DNA of 64,000 nt from an uncultured bacterium. GTDB taxonomy: Bacteria; Bacillota_I; Bacilli_A; RFN20; CAG-826. The notes below the pieces were generated by a model. It searched no databases. It was given only the letters and a program-made list of their open reading frames with translations, and had not been told where the DNA came from. Below, one piece after another: positions 9,663-19,892 of the stretch. Where the stretch lies: assembly GCA_949297805.1 (NCBI GenBank), contig CASFTG010000001.1, forward strand, positions 70,716 to 134,715, in the 5' to 3' direction. Position numbers and translations under genes: made by a program. Position 1 is the first letter of the stretch. Each line of letters opens with the position of its first letter.

Positions 9663-11759
9663 ATGAGCAAAAAATCACGGTTGCTCGTCCTCACGGCTGG
9701 ACTCATCGGCATAGCCGGCACGGTCGGCGTGGCAACTGGTTGCACGTCCACGCCTTCCGAACTCGGAGGCCCGGTCGGGGTGGGGGAGGACAGTGTTGCC
9801 CCAGCCGACCCTTTAACCATTTCCGTCGATGTCGATGAGCGAATCGATGTTGAGGTGGCGCCCTCGGCGAAAGCGGGCAACATCGTCGATGTCAAATTGG
9901 ATTATGACGAGGACCTCGTCACGATTTCCGCGGTTAACATCAATGGAACGGGGAAAGCCGCCCAGGTCGATACCTTCGATTATTATTTCGAAATGCCCGC
10001 CGTCGCGGTTACTTTAACCGTTGAGGCGACGATTCGGGGTGAGTTCGAATTGGTGAATCTTAATCCGAACGTCGAACTTTATAACGTTCCCGAACTAGGA
10101 TTCCGGGCGGGGGAAGCGGTCACCTTCTCCCTTGGGTTACCAGTCGATAGCCCTTATACCCTCACTGACGTTGAGATTGGGGCTTTGAATGAGGATGGCA
10201 CCGCCATCGCGACGCCGATCGATTACACCGTCGCCGGCAATGTCTATAGCTTTACCGCTCCCGAAGGCCTGACCGCCGATGTCGGGGTTTTGGCGGGCAC
10301 CGAGGTCAAACTCTTTGCCATCAGTAGAGAGATTGACGATGTGGACGATAAAAATATCGGTAACATTTATGAAATCGTCGGCGAAGAAAGGACCGATGTG
10401 ACTTATTCTGGCTTTGCCTATTATGGCAGCACCATCGAAGTCCAATTGAAGGACACCGATTCGGCGATTGCAAAAGGTGTTCGGATCGTCGAGACCGGCG
10501 AGGAAATCATGCTGGAAGAAGGAGCGACTTCGGTTACTTTCACTATGCCGGCGAAGAACGTCCATCTTCAATCGATCGTCGATATCAACTACATTCCCAT
10601 CGAGATTCAGCAAGGCGAGCATGTTACTGGCGTCTTGAAACGGGTCGATGAAGAGACTGGCGAATTGGTCGCCATCGGCGAAGAAGGGGCGGTTCCGAAC
10701 GAATATATCTACTTCGACTACACGACCGATGACGAGAACTTCAAGCCCTATGACGTCAAAATCAGCTACAAGTCTATTTATGGATCGAATGACAACTTAA
10801 CTTCGACCGTTGATTCGGATTACGGGCTGCCGCGTTTCCGGATGGTGAATGGCTCCGAATTCAAACTAACCTTCGTTGAGGCGGAGAAGCAAACCATTAC
10901 CTTGCATAGTTCGACTAATCTTGAACTGAGCACTTATTACAACGTGGATGAAGAGTATGTCGCCACCAGCACGGCCTTCCAAGGCGAGGATGTCTATGTT
11001 TTGGTCAAGGACAAGTCGGCTAATAAGGATACTGAGATGCTCAGTTTGGAGATTTCCTATGTCGATGCCGAAGGAGTTGCTCAATCGATTACTGCTTCGT
11101 CTGCTGGCTACGCGAGCGAAGGTGAACAGTATTTCGCCTTCGAGATGAAAGACGGCACCGATTACTCAATTTCCGTCTATGAATTGGAACCCGGCAAATA
11201 CGCCGGAAAATCTTTTGTCGGAACCTACAATTATCGTGGCGAACTTTGGGGCTCTTACACGGATAGAAGCACTTACAGCGGTTCCTATACCATTGACGAG
11301 GATGGGTTGATCGACGCTAATATCGAAGAGCATATTCTTTCTATCACGGAAATCGCAGGCGGTGGACTTCTCACGCTGACCAATGGGCAAAAAGCCTTCT
11401 ATGGGGAAGACTTCTTTGTCACCGGGTATAACAAAAATTGGACCAATAATGACGTTTACATCCATTATCGGGGCGATGCTGGTCAAACCATCAATGTTCG
11501 CACCGTTTTGGCGGTGACTGATGGCGAAGACGTCGAAGAGGGGATTGGTTTCTACCAGATCTATTCGACCGCGGATGACGTCGAAACCCCGTTGGTTAAC
11601 TTCATCATCGATTACGGCAATAGGACTGCGATTGTGAACGAAGTTGAATACGTCACCACTGATGGGACGGCCTATCAGAATGCGACCACCTTCACCGTTA
11701 AGTCCGCAGGAACAGTCCTGGGGACCTACCTTGACGGAACCTACACCGTCGCCGAGTAG
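9663..11759 (+). CDS. Acidic surface lipoprotein, type B1 (tandem FxMP beta-repeat domains)
   Basis: Lipobox VATGC; repeated YYFEMP/YSFTAP/VTFTMP/FRMV/FAFEMK units; aligns with 11777..14704. Confidence 0.85.
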   Translation: MSKKSRLLVLTAGLIGIAGTVGVATGCTSTPSELGGPVGVGEDSVAPADPLTISVDVDERIDVEVAPSAKAGNIVDVKLDYDEDLVTISAVNINGTGKAAQVDTFDYYFEMPAVAVTLTVEATIRGEFELVNLNPNVELYNVPELGFRAGEAVTFSLGLPVDSPYTLTDVEIGALNEDGTAIATPIDYTVAGNVYSFTAPEGLTADVGVLAGTEVKLFAISREIDDVDDKNIGNIYEIVGEERTDVTYSGFAYYGSTIEVQLKDTDSAIAKGVRIVETGEEIMLEEGATSVTFTMPAKNVHLQSIVDINYIPIEIQQGEHVTGVLKRVDEETGELVAIGEEGAVPNEYIYFDYTTDDENFKPYDVKISYKSIYGSNDNLTSTVDSDYGLPRFRMVNGSEFKLTFVEAEKQTITLHSSTNLELSTYYNVDEEYVATSTAFQGEDVYVLVKDKSANKDTEMLSLEISYVDAEGVAQSITASSAGYASEGEQYFAFEMKDGTDYSISVYELEPGKYAGKSFVGTYNYRGELWGSYTDRSTYSGSYTIDEDGLIDANIEEHILSITEIAGGGLLTLTNGQKAFYGEDFFVTGYNKNWTNNDVYIHYRGDAGQTINVRTVLAVTDGEDVEEGIGFYQIYSTADDVETPLVNFIIDYGNRTAIVNEVEYVTTDGTAYQNATTFTVKSAGTVLGTYLDGTYTVAE

Positions 11760-11776
11760 AAAAGAGGTACTAAACA

Positions 11777-14704
11777 ATGAAAAACAATAGCAAATTGCTG
11801 CTTTCCCTCCTCTTGATGTCCGGCCTCACCCTCGGTGGGTGCGACCACCCGGGAAACAGTTCGTCGACTAGCGAGCAGACTCCTCCGACCAGTGACACCA
11901 ACACTGGCTCTGGCAGTTCGGAAAGCTCATCGTCTTCCTCGAGTTCCAGTTCAACTCCGACTCCAACGGTCTCAGTCGAGATCGCGACCCCGGCTTCCAC
12001 CGAAATTGAGGTCGGGAAGACATTGCAACTTTCCGCGACCATCACCAATGGAACTGATGGCGCCAAGGCCACCTGGTCCACGAGCGACGCCTCCATCGCC
12101 ACCGTCTCGGCCGATGGCTTGGTCACCGGCGTCAAGGCCGGCAAGGTCACAATCACCGCCGCCTATGGCGGGGCGGCCGACACCATCGAGTTGACCATCA
12201 AGGAAGCGGCTCCGGTCCTCTCGGTCGAGATCGCCGCCCCGGCCTCCACGGAAATCGAGGTCGGCAAGACCCTTCAGCTCACCGCGACCGTCGCCAACGG
12301 CCCGACCGACGCAAAGGCCACTTGGACCACCAGTGATGCCGCGATTGCCACCGTCTCGGCCGAGGGCCTGGTCACTGGTATTAAGGTCGGAACCGTTACT
12401 ATCACTGCGGCCTATGGTGGGGTTAGTGATTCTATCGCCTTAACCATCAAGGAACCGCCGGTCCCGACTTATGCCATTTCTGTCGTTGCTGATGCGGGCA
12501 TCACCACTTCCCTCCCCGAGAAGTCGGCGGCGGGCAAGACCGTTCATTTCCGCCTCACCTACGATGCGGCTAAATTGACCATCACCTCTGTCAAGGCCAA
12601 TGGCTTGGCCTGCGGCTTAGATCCGGATGGCACCTACTACTTCGTCATGCCGGAAACCGCCGTGACCGTCACCATCACTTCGACCGCCGTCGTCTCCCAG
12701 ACCACGACGACCATCAAAAACGAAACCGCGGAAGTGGCGGACATCATCGGCTTAGGCTCGACCGCGGTTGTCGGTTCGACCGCCGAGTTCTACCTCGTGA
12801 TGAAGCCAGGGTTTACTTTCGATTCGCTGAGCATTAAGTCCAGCGGGTTCATCGATGCCCCGGTCGACTATGAGACCAAGACGGTTGAGGGCAAGACCGT
12901 TTACAGTTTCACTGTTCCTTCGGGGGAAATCGTCATCCACGTGAATGCTTCCCGTTCCAGCTCCAAGCTCACCTACGACGATGAGTACATCTACAACATT
13001 TATCAGACCAAGGTCGGTTCGGATACCCGTGAATCGTGCAATTACGATATCGCGGAGTTCGGCGCCGACGTTGAGGTCCAGCTCCGGAGCACCACGACCG
13101 CTAAGGTCAAGGGGATCAAGATCGTTGAGACTGGACTGACGGTTGAACTGAAGGATGGGGCGAGCTCCATCCACTTCACGATGCCGTCGCGCTCAATCAC
13201 GATCGAAGTCCTGACCGAGGTTTATTATCGTTACTTCGAGGTCATCAATTCCGAACATCTCTCGATTCAAACTTTCGTTGAGGATGAGAATGGGGAACCG
13301 ACCGTTGTTGCTGGCGGTAAGGCGTTGGCGGGCGAGACGGTCTACGTCAAGGTCAATGGCGTCTCTGACTCCGTCGGCATCAATACCTTGGTTATGCATA
13401 ACCCTGAAGCCGAATATAGTTATCAGGAGAACGTTGATTTGCTTGAGGATGGGCCGAACGCCGAGGGCTATTACACCTTCGAGATGCCCGAAACTGATAA
13501 CGGCGTCACCATCACCGTCACCGAGAAAGACCTGACTGCCTTCCTTGGCTATCCGTTTGTCGGATCATATCTTGGCGACAATATCTGTGGGACTAGCGCT
13601 TCGACTGGCAAGACCGTAGGGACTTCCAATTACAGTTTCACCATTGATGGAGCCGGCGACTTCTACCGGGGTTCTGAACGTACCATCGTCAGCGCTACCT
13701 CGACCACGGGCCCTGGCATCGCATATTTGGAAGAGGAAGGAAGCGACAGCGATCTCTTCGCCTATTCTAGCGACGGCAAGATCATCTTCTCCCATTACAA
13801 TTTCGGCAGTTTAACCTCTGACGACAACCTCTTTGCCGTCAAGATGCAAAGCCCCGACGACGATCCATCGCTCTACACCATGGACTATGAGATCTTTGGC
13901 AATAAGAGCTATGTGGCCGTCCAGTATTACCGGGATGGCGTTGAGTATGCTGCGGCCTTTGTTGATTACCATGGCAAGACGCTCAATCCTCACTATAACC
14001 TCGACGTTGACTTCGAGTTCCTCGATGGTACCACCAAAATCACTGATACGATGGCTCATTACTACGTCAAAGATAGCGAAGGCAACACTCTTTGCGAAGT
14101 CTCTTCGACTGGTACCGGTGGGCAAAATAACCGTGTTATCTTAGACGGGCTGCAGGGTACCTATGCCGCAGCGGCTGGGGATACCTACAATCTTGGCGAC
14201 CTCGTTCTTGATGGCGCTGGACAGGCAACCCTAGGCGAAACCATCTCTGCCTCTTACAAGGTTGATGAAAGCGGGAACATTTCCATCACCTCGGGCAAAG
14301 ATACCTATGTCATCTCTTTGGATGCTACGGCGAAGACCTACACTATCGTTGAGCACACCGTCGCGGAGAATGAGTTCATCGGCAACACCTATAGCGGCCA
14401 ATTTATTGACGGCTGGGATGAGACCAATCTTGCTTCGATTGTCTTCTACGACGCCTCGACCTGCTATTTCACTATTACCGGTCCGAGCGGTCAGCCGGTT
14501 TATGTTCCGAACACCGCTAACCAAGGCATCCCGCAGTCATACACCATCAGCGGTTCGACCATCACCGTCAACGCCAAAGGGCAGTCGGGCGAAGACCTGA
14601 CCGTGACCTTGACGATCAACGATGATGGGACACTTACGATCGATGGCAACGTTTCCTCCTTCTATCTAACTGGCGGCACGGTCTTGGCAAAACAAGCCGC
14701 CTAA
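11777..14704 (+). CDS. Surface lipoprotein, type B2, with two Big_2 Ig-like domains and FxMP repeats
   Basis: Lipobox LGGC, poly-Ser tether, two VGKTLQL.AT...WxTSDxxIATVSxxGLVTGxKxGxVTITA repeats. Confidence 0.88.
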   Translation: MKNNSKLLLSLLLMSGLTLGGCDHPGNSSSTSEQTPPTSDTNTGSGSSESSSSSSSSSSTPTPTVSVEIATPASTEIEVGKTLQLSATITNGTDGAKATWSTSDASIATVSADGLVTGVKAGKVTITAAYGGAADTIELTIKEAAPVLSVEIAAPASTEIEVGKTLQLTATVANGPTDAKATWTTSDAAIATVSAEGLVTGIKVGTVTITAAYGGVSDSIALTIKEPPVPTYAISVVADAGITTSLPEKSAAGKTVHFRLTYDAAKLTITSVKANGLACGLDPDGTYYFVMPETAVTVTITSTAVVSQTTTTIKNETAEVADIIGLGSTAVVGSTAEFYLVMKPGFTFDSLSIKSSGFIDAPVDYETKTVEGKTVYSFTVPSGEIVIHVNASRSSSKLTYDDEYIYNIYQTKVGSDTRESCNYDIAEFGADVEVQLRSTTTAKVKGIKIVETGLTVELKDGASSIHFTMPSRSITIEVLTEVYYRYFEVINSEHLSIQTFVEDENGEPTVVAGGKALAGETVYVKVNGVSDSVGINTLVMHNPEAEYSYQENVDLLEDGPNAEGYYTFEMPETDNGVTITVTEKDLTAFLGYPFVGSYLGDNICGTSASTGKTVGTSNYSFTIDGAGDFYRGSERTIVSATSTTGPGIAYLEEEGSDSDLFAYSSDGKIIFSHYNFGSLTSDDNLFAVKMQSPDDDPSLYTMDYEIFGNKSYVAVQYYRDGVEYAAAFVDYHGKTLNPHYNLDVDFEFLDGTTKITDTMAHYYVKDSEGNTLCEVSSTGTGGQNNRVILDGLQGTYAAAAGDTYNLGDLVLDGAGQATLGETISASYKVDESGNISITSGKDTYVISLDATAKTYTIVEHTVAENEFIGNTYSGQFIDGWDETNLASIVFYDASTCYFTITGPSGQPVYVPNTANQGIPQSYTISGSTITVNAKGQSGEDLTVTLTINDDGTLTIDGNVSSFYLTGGTVLAKQAA
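11972..12454 (+). repeat. Tandem 249-bp intragenic duplication encoding two Big_2 domains
   Basis: SVEIATPASTEIEVGKTLQL... at 11972 and SVEIAAPASTEIEVGKTLQL... at 12221; period 83 codons. Confidence 0.85.
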
Positions 14705-14718
14705 CAACCTTCATCCCT

Positions 14719-14747
14719 AAAGCCCTCGGTTCTGCCCGGGGGCTTTT
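14719..14747 (+). terminator. Intrinsic terminator after B1-B2 operon
   Basis: aaagccctcgg-ttctgc-ccgggggctttt hairpin. Confidence 0.75.
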
Positions 14748-14857
14748 ACATTTGTTGCCAGCTTGTTATAAAAGCCAAAAAGACTTGCTTTTTTTGGAAC
14801 AACGCTTATTTTTGAGCGGGTCTAAACCCTATAGACATGACTATTCAAGGAGAAAAA

Positions 14858-16303
14858 ATGCGCAAAAGTCTATCCAAAAGCTTCTTTCTTGGCTTAACGC
14901 TGGCTTGCGTTCCCTTAGTTGGCTGTAAGGATAATTCCTCCAGCAGTGGTTCGGAAATCCAGATCGATGTCGATTATTCCTCGGTAAAGTCGGCGGTCGA
15001 ATCGATCCAAGGGGCCAACAACTTCACCGTCTCGACCAAAATCGTCGAGAAAATGAACGTCGGGACCGCGGATAATCCGGTTTACCAAGAGATCAATACC
15101 AGCTTCCATAACTACTACACCTCGAATTATTCCTGGTGTGATTATCCTGATGACGAGGAAGGCTATGCCCAGAAAGGCGGCGAGGTCTTCCGCCTCAACC
15201 TCAATAGCGATGGCGACTTCATCCATTCCGATGCCTATCTAGACGAGGATGGAAACAACCTCACTTCGATTTATGATGCGGTTTATAACCCAATCCCCGA
15301 TATCTCGGTTCTCAATGTGGGCGACGATCCGCTGGTCGCCTCGATCACCAATAAGTCCGCCCGTCTCAATTACATCCATTTCTTGGAGTTCGGCGACACC
15401 TTCTTGACCACCGTTACCTCGTTCAAGGCCTCGGTCGGGGAATCGGAGGGCGAGAAGGCTTTGCTCCTGACCATGGAGAGCAGTGACGGCACGACCATCA
15501 CCTCGACTTTCTCCGATTTCGGCACGACCGCGGTCAAGGATGTCCAAACCTATCTTGACGGGGTCGACAAAGCCGCCGTCTACGATGACATCCTCTTAAA
15601 GGTCGCCGATGGATTTAAAGGCAACAACTTCACCCGCGATATCAATGAATTGCTGACCTATGAGGATGACCCGGCGATCATCGGGAAGGAGTTTTATCAT
15701 CCCGATTATTGGTATGGTGGCTACTATCCTCCTTCATTAGGTGCCATCCAATCCACAGGTTATGTCAGTTTGCCTGAAAAAACGTATATTGATCCCGAGA
15801 CGGGCAAGTCCGCTGAGCTTGATGGGGCGTATATGTTCCGCCTCACCGAGAATATGGATGACCTTTATGCCGTTTATTTGACCGCCCCGGCCTTCACCAC
15901 CAACATCTCGAATATGGTCGATATCATGAACTATCCCTCGAAGATGATGATGTGGGAGCACAACTTCCAATTCTTCGAACCTTATCAGGACCCGAACTTC
16001 AAGTTGGATGGGGATATGTATATCACCTATGATCCCTTGATCATGCGGGATTTCTACGAGATCGCCCAAGTCGAGAACTCGATCCTCGCCTCGACCTCGA
16101 TCCTCTCCTGTCTCTTGGTCGATTTGATCCTAGTGGCTGATACCAATGCCGCCGGCAACCTTGAGACGGTCAATTTCCTCTTCGATATCCTCCTCAATGG
16201 GTCGAACGTCACCCTCCAATTCACCTACCATGATTTTGGGACCACGACCATCCCCTCCCTCGATCAATGGCTTCAAACTTATATTCACGATAGCAACGCT
16301 TGA
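14858..16303 (+). CDS. Acidic lipoprotein, type C (two internal NNFT...DFGTT repeats)
   Basis: AAGGAG RBS, lipobox LVGC, SSSSGS tether; ANNFT...FSDFGTT and GNNFT...YHDFGTT. Confidence 0.85.
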   Translation: MRKSLSKSFFLGLTLACVPLVGCKDNSSSSGSEIQIDVDYSSVKSAVESIQGANNFTVSTKIVEKMNVGTADNPVYQEINTSFHNYYTSNYSWCDYPDDEEGYAQKGGEVFRLNLNSDGDFIHSDAYLDEDGNNLTSIYDAVYNPIPDISVLNVGDDPLVASITNKSARLNYIHFLEFGDTFLTTVTSFKASVGESEGEKALLLTMESSDGTTITSTFSDFGTTAVKDVQTYLDGVDKAAVYDDILLKVADGFKGNNFTRDINELLTYEDDPAIIGKEFYHPDYWYGGYYPPSLGAIQSTGYVSLPEKTYIDPETGKSAELDGAYMFRLTENMDDLYAVYLTAPAFTTNISNMVDIMNYPSKMMMWEHNFQFFEPYQDPNFKLDGDMYITYDPLIMRDFYEIAQVENSILASTSILSCLLVDLILVADTNAAGNLETVNFLFDILLNGSNVTLQFTYHDFGTTTIPSLDQWLQTYIHDSNA

Positions 16304-16323
16304 AGATAGAAAGGACTCTTACC

Positions 16324-17091
16324 ATGAACAAAAAGATCTTACCGCTTATCGCTTTAGCCGCTCTCGGCTTGGTCGGCTGCCGGGAAAACGAAACGAGCTC
16401 CAGCACGCCGGAAAGCACCACTTCCGATTCCACCGTGGCCGATGAGTTCATCACCGTTGACTGGAAAGCGGAAAATCGTGTCAGCGAAGGCTCGATCTCC
16501 GGCGCCTTAATCGATGTCGGCATCAATTTGGTCTTCTCGGTCGGCATCGATTACCAAGGGACCATCGGCTTTGGAAACTTCTCGACCGCCGGGGCCTACG
16601 TCACCGTTTCCGACAACGGGGTCGCCGAGGCCTCAATCGACGATAATGGCAACGTCACCTTCAAAGGGCTCCGGGCCGGGGAATCGATCCTTTGCATTTA
16701 TGCCTCCGACGGCTATCTCTACTTCCGGAACAAATTGACCTTCCGCCCGACGATGGAGACCGAGGCGGAGATCGTCGACTTTATGGTCAATTCGGTTGAC
16801 CACTATACATCCATCGTCTACGCCGGGATGAACATCTCCTTCGTCTCCGCCACCTCCGGCATGGTCTATGGGTCTGATGAAGGCATCGCCATCGAACCGG
16901 CCATCACCTTCACCATCGATTACCGGGGCATCGTCAACGACGAGCATCATTTCGTCGTTCAGGATTGGCAAAATCAAAGCTATTCCTCCCTCACCTTCGT
17001 CGATATCTACGTCTCGACCAATGGTTACTCCCTCCACCCGATGACCAGCGGTGGGGTCGTTGACCTATTTGAGCCGGTCTTCTCCGAATAA
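16324..17091 (+). CDS. Acidic lipoprotein with one Ig-like (Big_2-like) domain
   Basis: Lipobox LVGC, Ser/Thr tether, VSDNGVAEASIDDNGNVTFKGLRAGESIL; AAAGGA RBS before ATG 16324. Confidence 0.82.
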   Translation: MNKKILPLIALAALGLVGCRENETSSSTPESTTSDSTVADEFITVDWKAENRVSEGSISGALIDVGINLVFSVGIDYQGTIGFGNFSTAGAYVTVSDNGVAEASIDDNGNVTFKGLRAGESILCIYASDGYLYFRNKLTFRPTMETEAEIVDFMVNSVDHYTSIVYAGMNISFVSATSGMVYGSDEGIAIEPAITFTIDYRGIVNDEHHFVVQDWQNQSYSSLTFVDIYVSTNGYSLHPMTSGGVVDLFEPVFSE

Positions 17092-17100
17092 GGGCGATTT

Positions 17101-19686
17101 ATGAAGAAACGCAATTTGCTTTGGGTGGCGGCTGCTTTATCTCTTGCGGCCTGCTCCAACCCCAATACCTCGACTTCCTCGTCTACCCAAGGCGGGGGTT
17201 CGGAACCTTCCGATACCAATACGAGCCAGTCGGAGACCCCGGACAATCAGGTCTATACCATCCGGATTGCCCAATCCTCGAATGGGGCCACCATCGCCTG
17301 CGATAAAACCTCGGCTAAAGCTGGGGAGACGGTCAACGTGACCGTCACCGTCCAAAAAGACTTCGCCATCAAGGCCCTTTGGGTTAACAAAGATGCGATC
17401 GAAGTCAAAGACGGCAAGGCCAGTTTCGTTATGCCGAACCGTTCGGTCACCCTTTCGGTCACTGTCAAGGCCGCCGGGGCCGTCACCTTAAGCGGCCAGA
17501 TAAGCCAAGCCTTGACCGAAGAGGAGCCGGGGCTTTATGTCGCCCGTGGTATTAAAGTCGCCACGACTTCCTATTTCTCCTTCATGGTCGGCTCAACTGA
17601 ACTGACGATGGCCGACATCGACTATACCAAATGCTTCGCCCCGATCGGCTATGGGAAAACCGATTTAGGCGAGCTTTCGGTCGAAGGTGGGGCAACCTAT
17701 GACTTCTATTACGATGACAATGCCGATTCGGAAGATGGGCGTTGCTACATCAAGAAGGTCAAGCAGGATACCCTCCCGAATAATCCCGATACCTTCAACA
17801 ACCTTTTAGAAGGCTATGCACGGAGCGAATCGACGATGAATCCGGACGATGTCCTCTCGATTCATTACTCTAACCAGGTCACCGGCATTGACTATACCTT
17901 CCAAAATCATACCAATGGCTCCTATGCCGAGGCTAAGGACCTCCATAACGACAACAAGGTCGTCGGGGTTGTCGATAAGAAGATCGACGGGGACGTCCTC
18001 TCCATCGTCAACTCCTATCTCGATGACAAGGAATCTTATTATTCCGGCAACTATCAACGCTATTCGGGCAAGTATGGGATCGTCGATACTAACGCCGAGA
18101 TCGGGCCAGGGTTAAGCCGTTATATGCGGACCACCTCTAAAGCCGAATTCGAAGCCCATAACTTCGCCCATAATTACGAAGCCCTCTATTATGATCTGAT
18201 GTACGCCTATTACATCGGTTATGACACCACCCCGGAAATTGGGACCGATGGCTTAGGACTCTTCGATCGGAAAATCGTCTCGACCGTGACTGCGGATGGC
18301 TTTAACGTCACCATCGACTCCTATCGGGAGATCGATACCAGCCAGAACGTCTTGATCGATGAAGAGGATCGGGAGAAGAACTACTACACCTACGACGCTG
18401 ATCTCTCCTTTGATTCGACCGGCCGGCTCCTTTCCGTCCAATACGAAGCCCGTATCTACGATGATGTGGCTTACTCCTTTGATAAGCATCAGATCGTCAT
18501 TCCCGACGATTACACCGTCCAAAGCGACATCGACTGCAACTATACCTATGGCGAGGCGACGACCGCGAATACCCACGATGACTCCGCCTACTTTACCAAG
18601 AAGATGGCGGTTGAGGTCCGGGATGATGATCTGGGCGAAGAATACGCTGATAAGAACGCCATCCAAGTGACTAATTACGATGGGAATGCGGCGGTCAACG
18701 AGCATATGACGATGACTAGTGACGTCGCGACTTCCCTGGATTTGGCCAACTTCACCATCATCGAGAGTTCTGACACCTCGATCGTTGGACCGCGGGGACC
18801 GCTTGAGCCTTATACCTTCATTCCCTATTCCGCCGGGAAGGTGACCTTAACCATCGGCAATCCGGCGGTGCCTTCGGTCCCTCAGACCGAGATTGAGCTC
18901 GAAGTCCTCGACAACGTCCAAGTCCGGGGCTTCTACCTCACTGGCGAGGATGGGCCTTCTAGCGCTAGTTCCAACCTTCTGACCAGTTCCAGTTCCTTTA
19001 ACTTGGAATCGGGCACGGCTCGGACCTTCCGGGTTTACGGTTCGCCTTATGACGTCATCGTCCCGGTGACGGCTGAATCCCAGAACGAAGCGGTTTTGAC
19101 TGCTGAGACCTATAAGGGCGAAGACGGCTATTACTACCTCCATGTCGAAGCGGTCGGCCAAGTGACCTCCCAAACCACGGTGACTATTTTGCTTAATTCC
19201 GATCGTTACCTCGATGAGTGGAAAGACAGCCCGACGAAGATTTATGCCACGGTCTTTCCCGCCTCTGATTTCTCGCCGATCGGGACTTGGTATTACATCG
19301 ATTCCTATACCTCGGATTACGTCGCTTCTTCCGTCGATAAGAATGTCGTCGCCAATATCAAGGAATACGATGGGACTGACGCTACCGTTTCCACCGTCAC
19401 CGATGGGGAAGGGCATACTTACAAGTTCGGCTTCAACATCGATGAGGAAACCGGCATCTATACCTACACCGACATTGAAGACGGCAACGTCGCCTATGTC
19501 GAGATTGGGGAGACGATCGATGGCTACCTTGGCTTAGCCTTGCAGGCCGATGACGGCGCTTGGACCGGCGAGGACGAATACACTGACGGGACCATCGTCT
19601 TCGGCAACATTACCTACGACGAAGAGAACCAAATCGTCGTCGATGGGTATAGCGGGTTCGCTCCGGCCTCCGACTTCGCCGAATAA
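17101..19686 (+). CDS. Large acidic surface lipoprotein, type A-prime; paralogue of 6664..9369
   Basis: Lipobox LAAC; DKTSAKAGETV...FVMPNRSV; CFAPI...GATYDFYYD...RCYIK; YDLMYAY. Confidence 0.85.
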   Translation: MKKRNLLWVAAALSLAACSNPNTSTSSSTQGGGSEPSDTNTSQSETPDNQVYTIRIAQSSNGATIACDKTSAKAGETVNVTVTVQKDFAIKALWVNKDAIEVKDGKASFVMPNRSVTLSVTVKAAGAVTLSGQISQALTEEEPGLYVARGIKVATTSYFSFMVGSTELTMADIDYTKCFAPIGYGKTDLGELSVEGGATYDFYYDDNADSEDGRCYIKKVKQDTLPNNPDTFNNLLEGYARSESTMNPDDVLSIHYSNQVTGIDYTFQNHTNGSYAEAKDLHNDNKVVGVVDKKIDGDVLSIVNSYLDDKESYYSGNYQRYSGKYGIVDTNAEIGPGLSRYMRTTSKAEFEAHNFAHNYEALYYDLMYAYYIGYDTTPEIGTDGLGLFDRKIVSTVTADGFNVTIDSYREIDTSQNVLIDEEDREKNYYTYDADLSFDSTGRLLSVQYEARIYDDVAYSFDKHQIVIPDDYTVQSDIDCNYTYGEATTANTHDDSAYFTKKMAVEVRDDDLGEEYADKNAIQVTNYDGNAAVNEHMTMTSDVATSLDLANFTIIESSDTSIVGPRGPLEPYTFIPYSAGKVTLTIGNPAVPSVPQTEIELEVLDNVQVRGFYLTGEDGPSSASSNLLTSSSSFNLESGTARTFRVYGSPYDVIVPVTAESQNEAVLTAETYKGEDGYYYLHVEAVGQVTSQTTVTILLNSDRYLDEWKDSPTKIYATVFPASDFSPIGTWYYIDSYTSDYVASSVDKNVVANIKEYDGTDATVSTVTDGEGHTYKFGFNIDEETGIYTYTDIEDGNVAYVEIGETIDGYLGLALQADDGAWTGEDEYTDGTIVFGNITYDEENQIVVDGYSGFAPASDFAE

Positions 19687-19701
19687 CTTACTTTGACTTC
19701 G

Positions 19702-19736
19702 GGGCCTCCTCCTAACCCGGGGAGGCTCTTTCGTTT
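19702..19736 (+). terminator. Intrinsic terminator after 17101..19686
   Basis: gggcctcctc/ggggaggctc stem with loop ctaaccc, then tttcgttt. Confidence 0.7.
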
Positions 19737-19780
19737 ATCGAAAATCGATCCCCCATAAGTGGTACCTCCTGCAATATAGC

Positions 19781-19892
19781 CGGCAACTCAAAATTGACCC
19801 ACCTTTGATGGCGTCTTGTTCGGTTTTTAGAGCTCGCATTCAAATTGTCGGTCCCATCCCCTTTAGGAACCTGGGTCAATTTTGAATTGCCG
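19781..19892. repeat. 21-bp inverted repeat with 70-bp spacer (possible MITE / IS-end remnant)
   Basis: cggcaactcaaaattgaccca (19781-19801) vs tgggtcaattttgaattgccg (19872-19892); 20/21 complementary. Confidence 0.75.
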
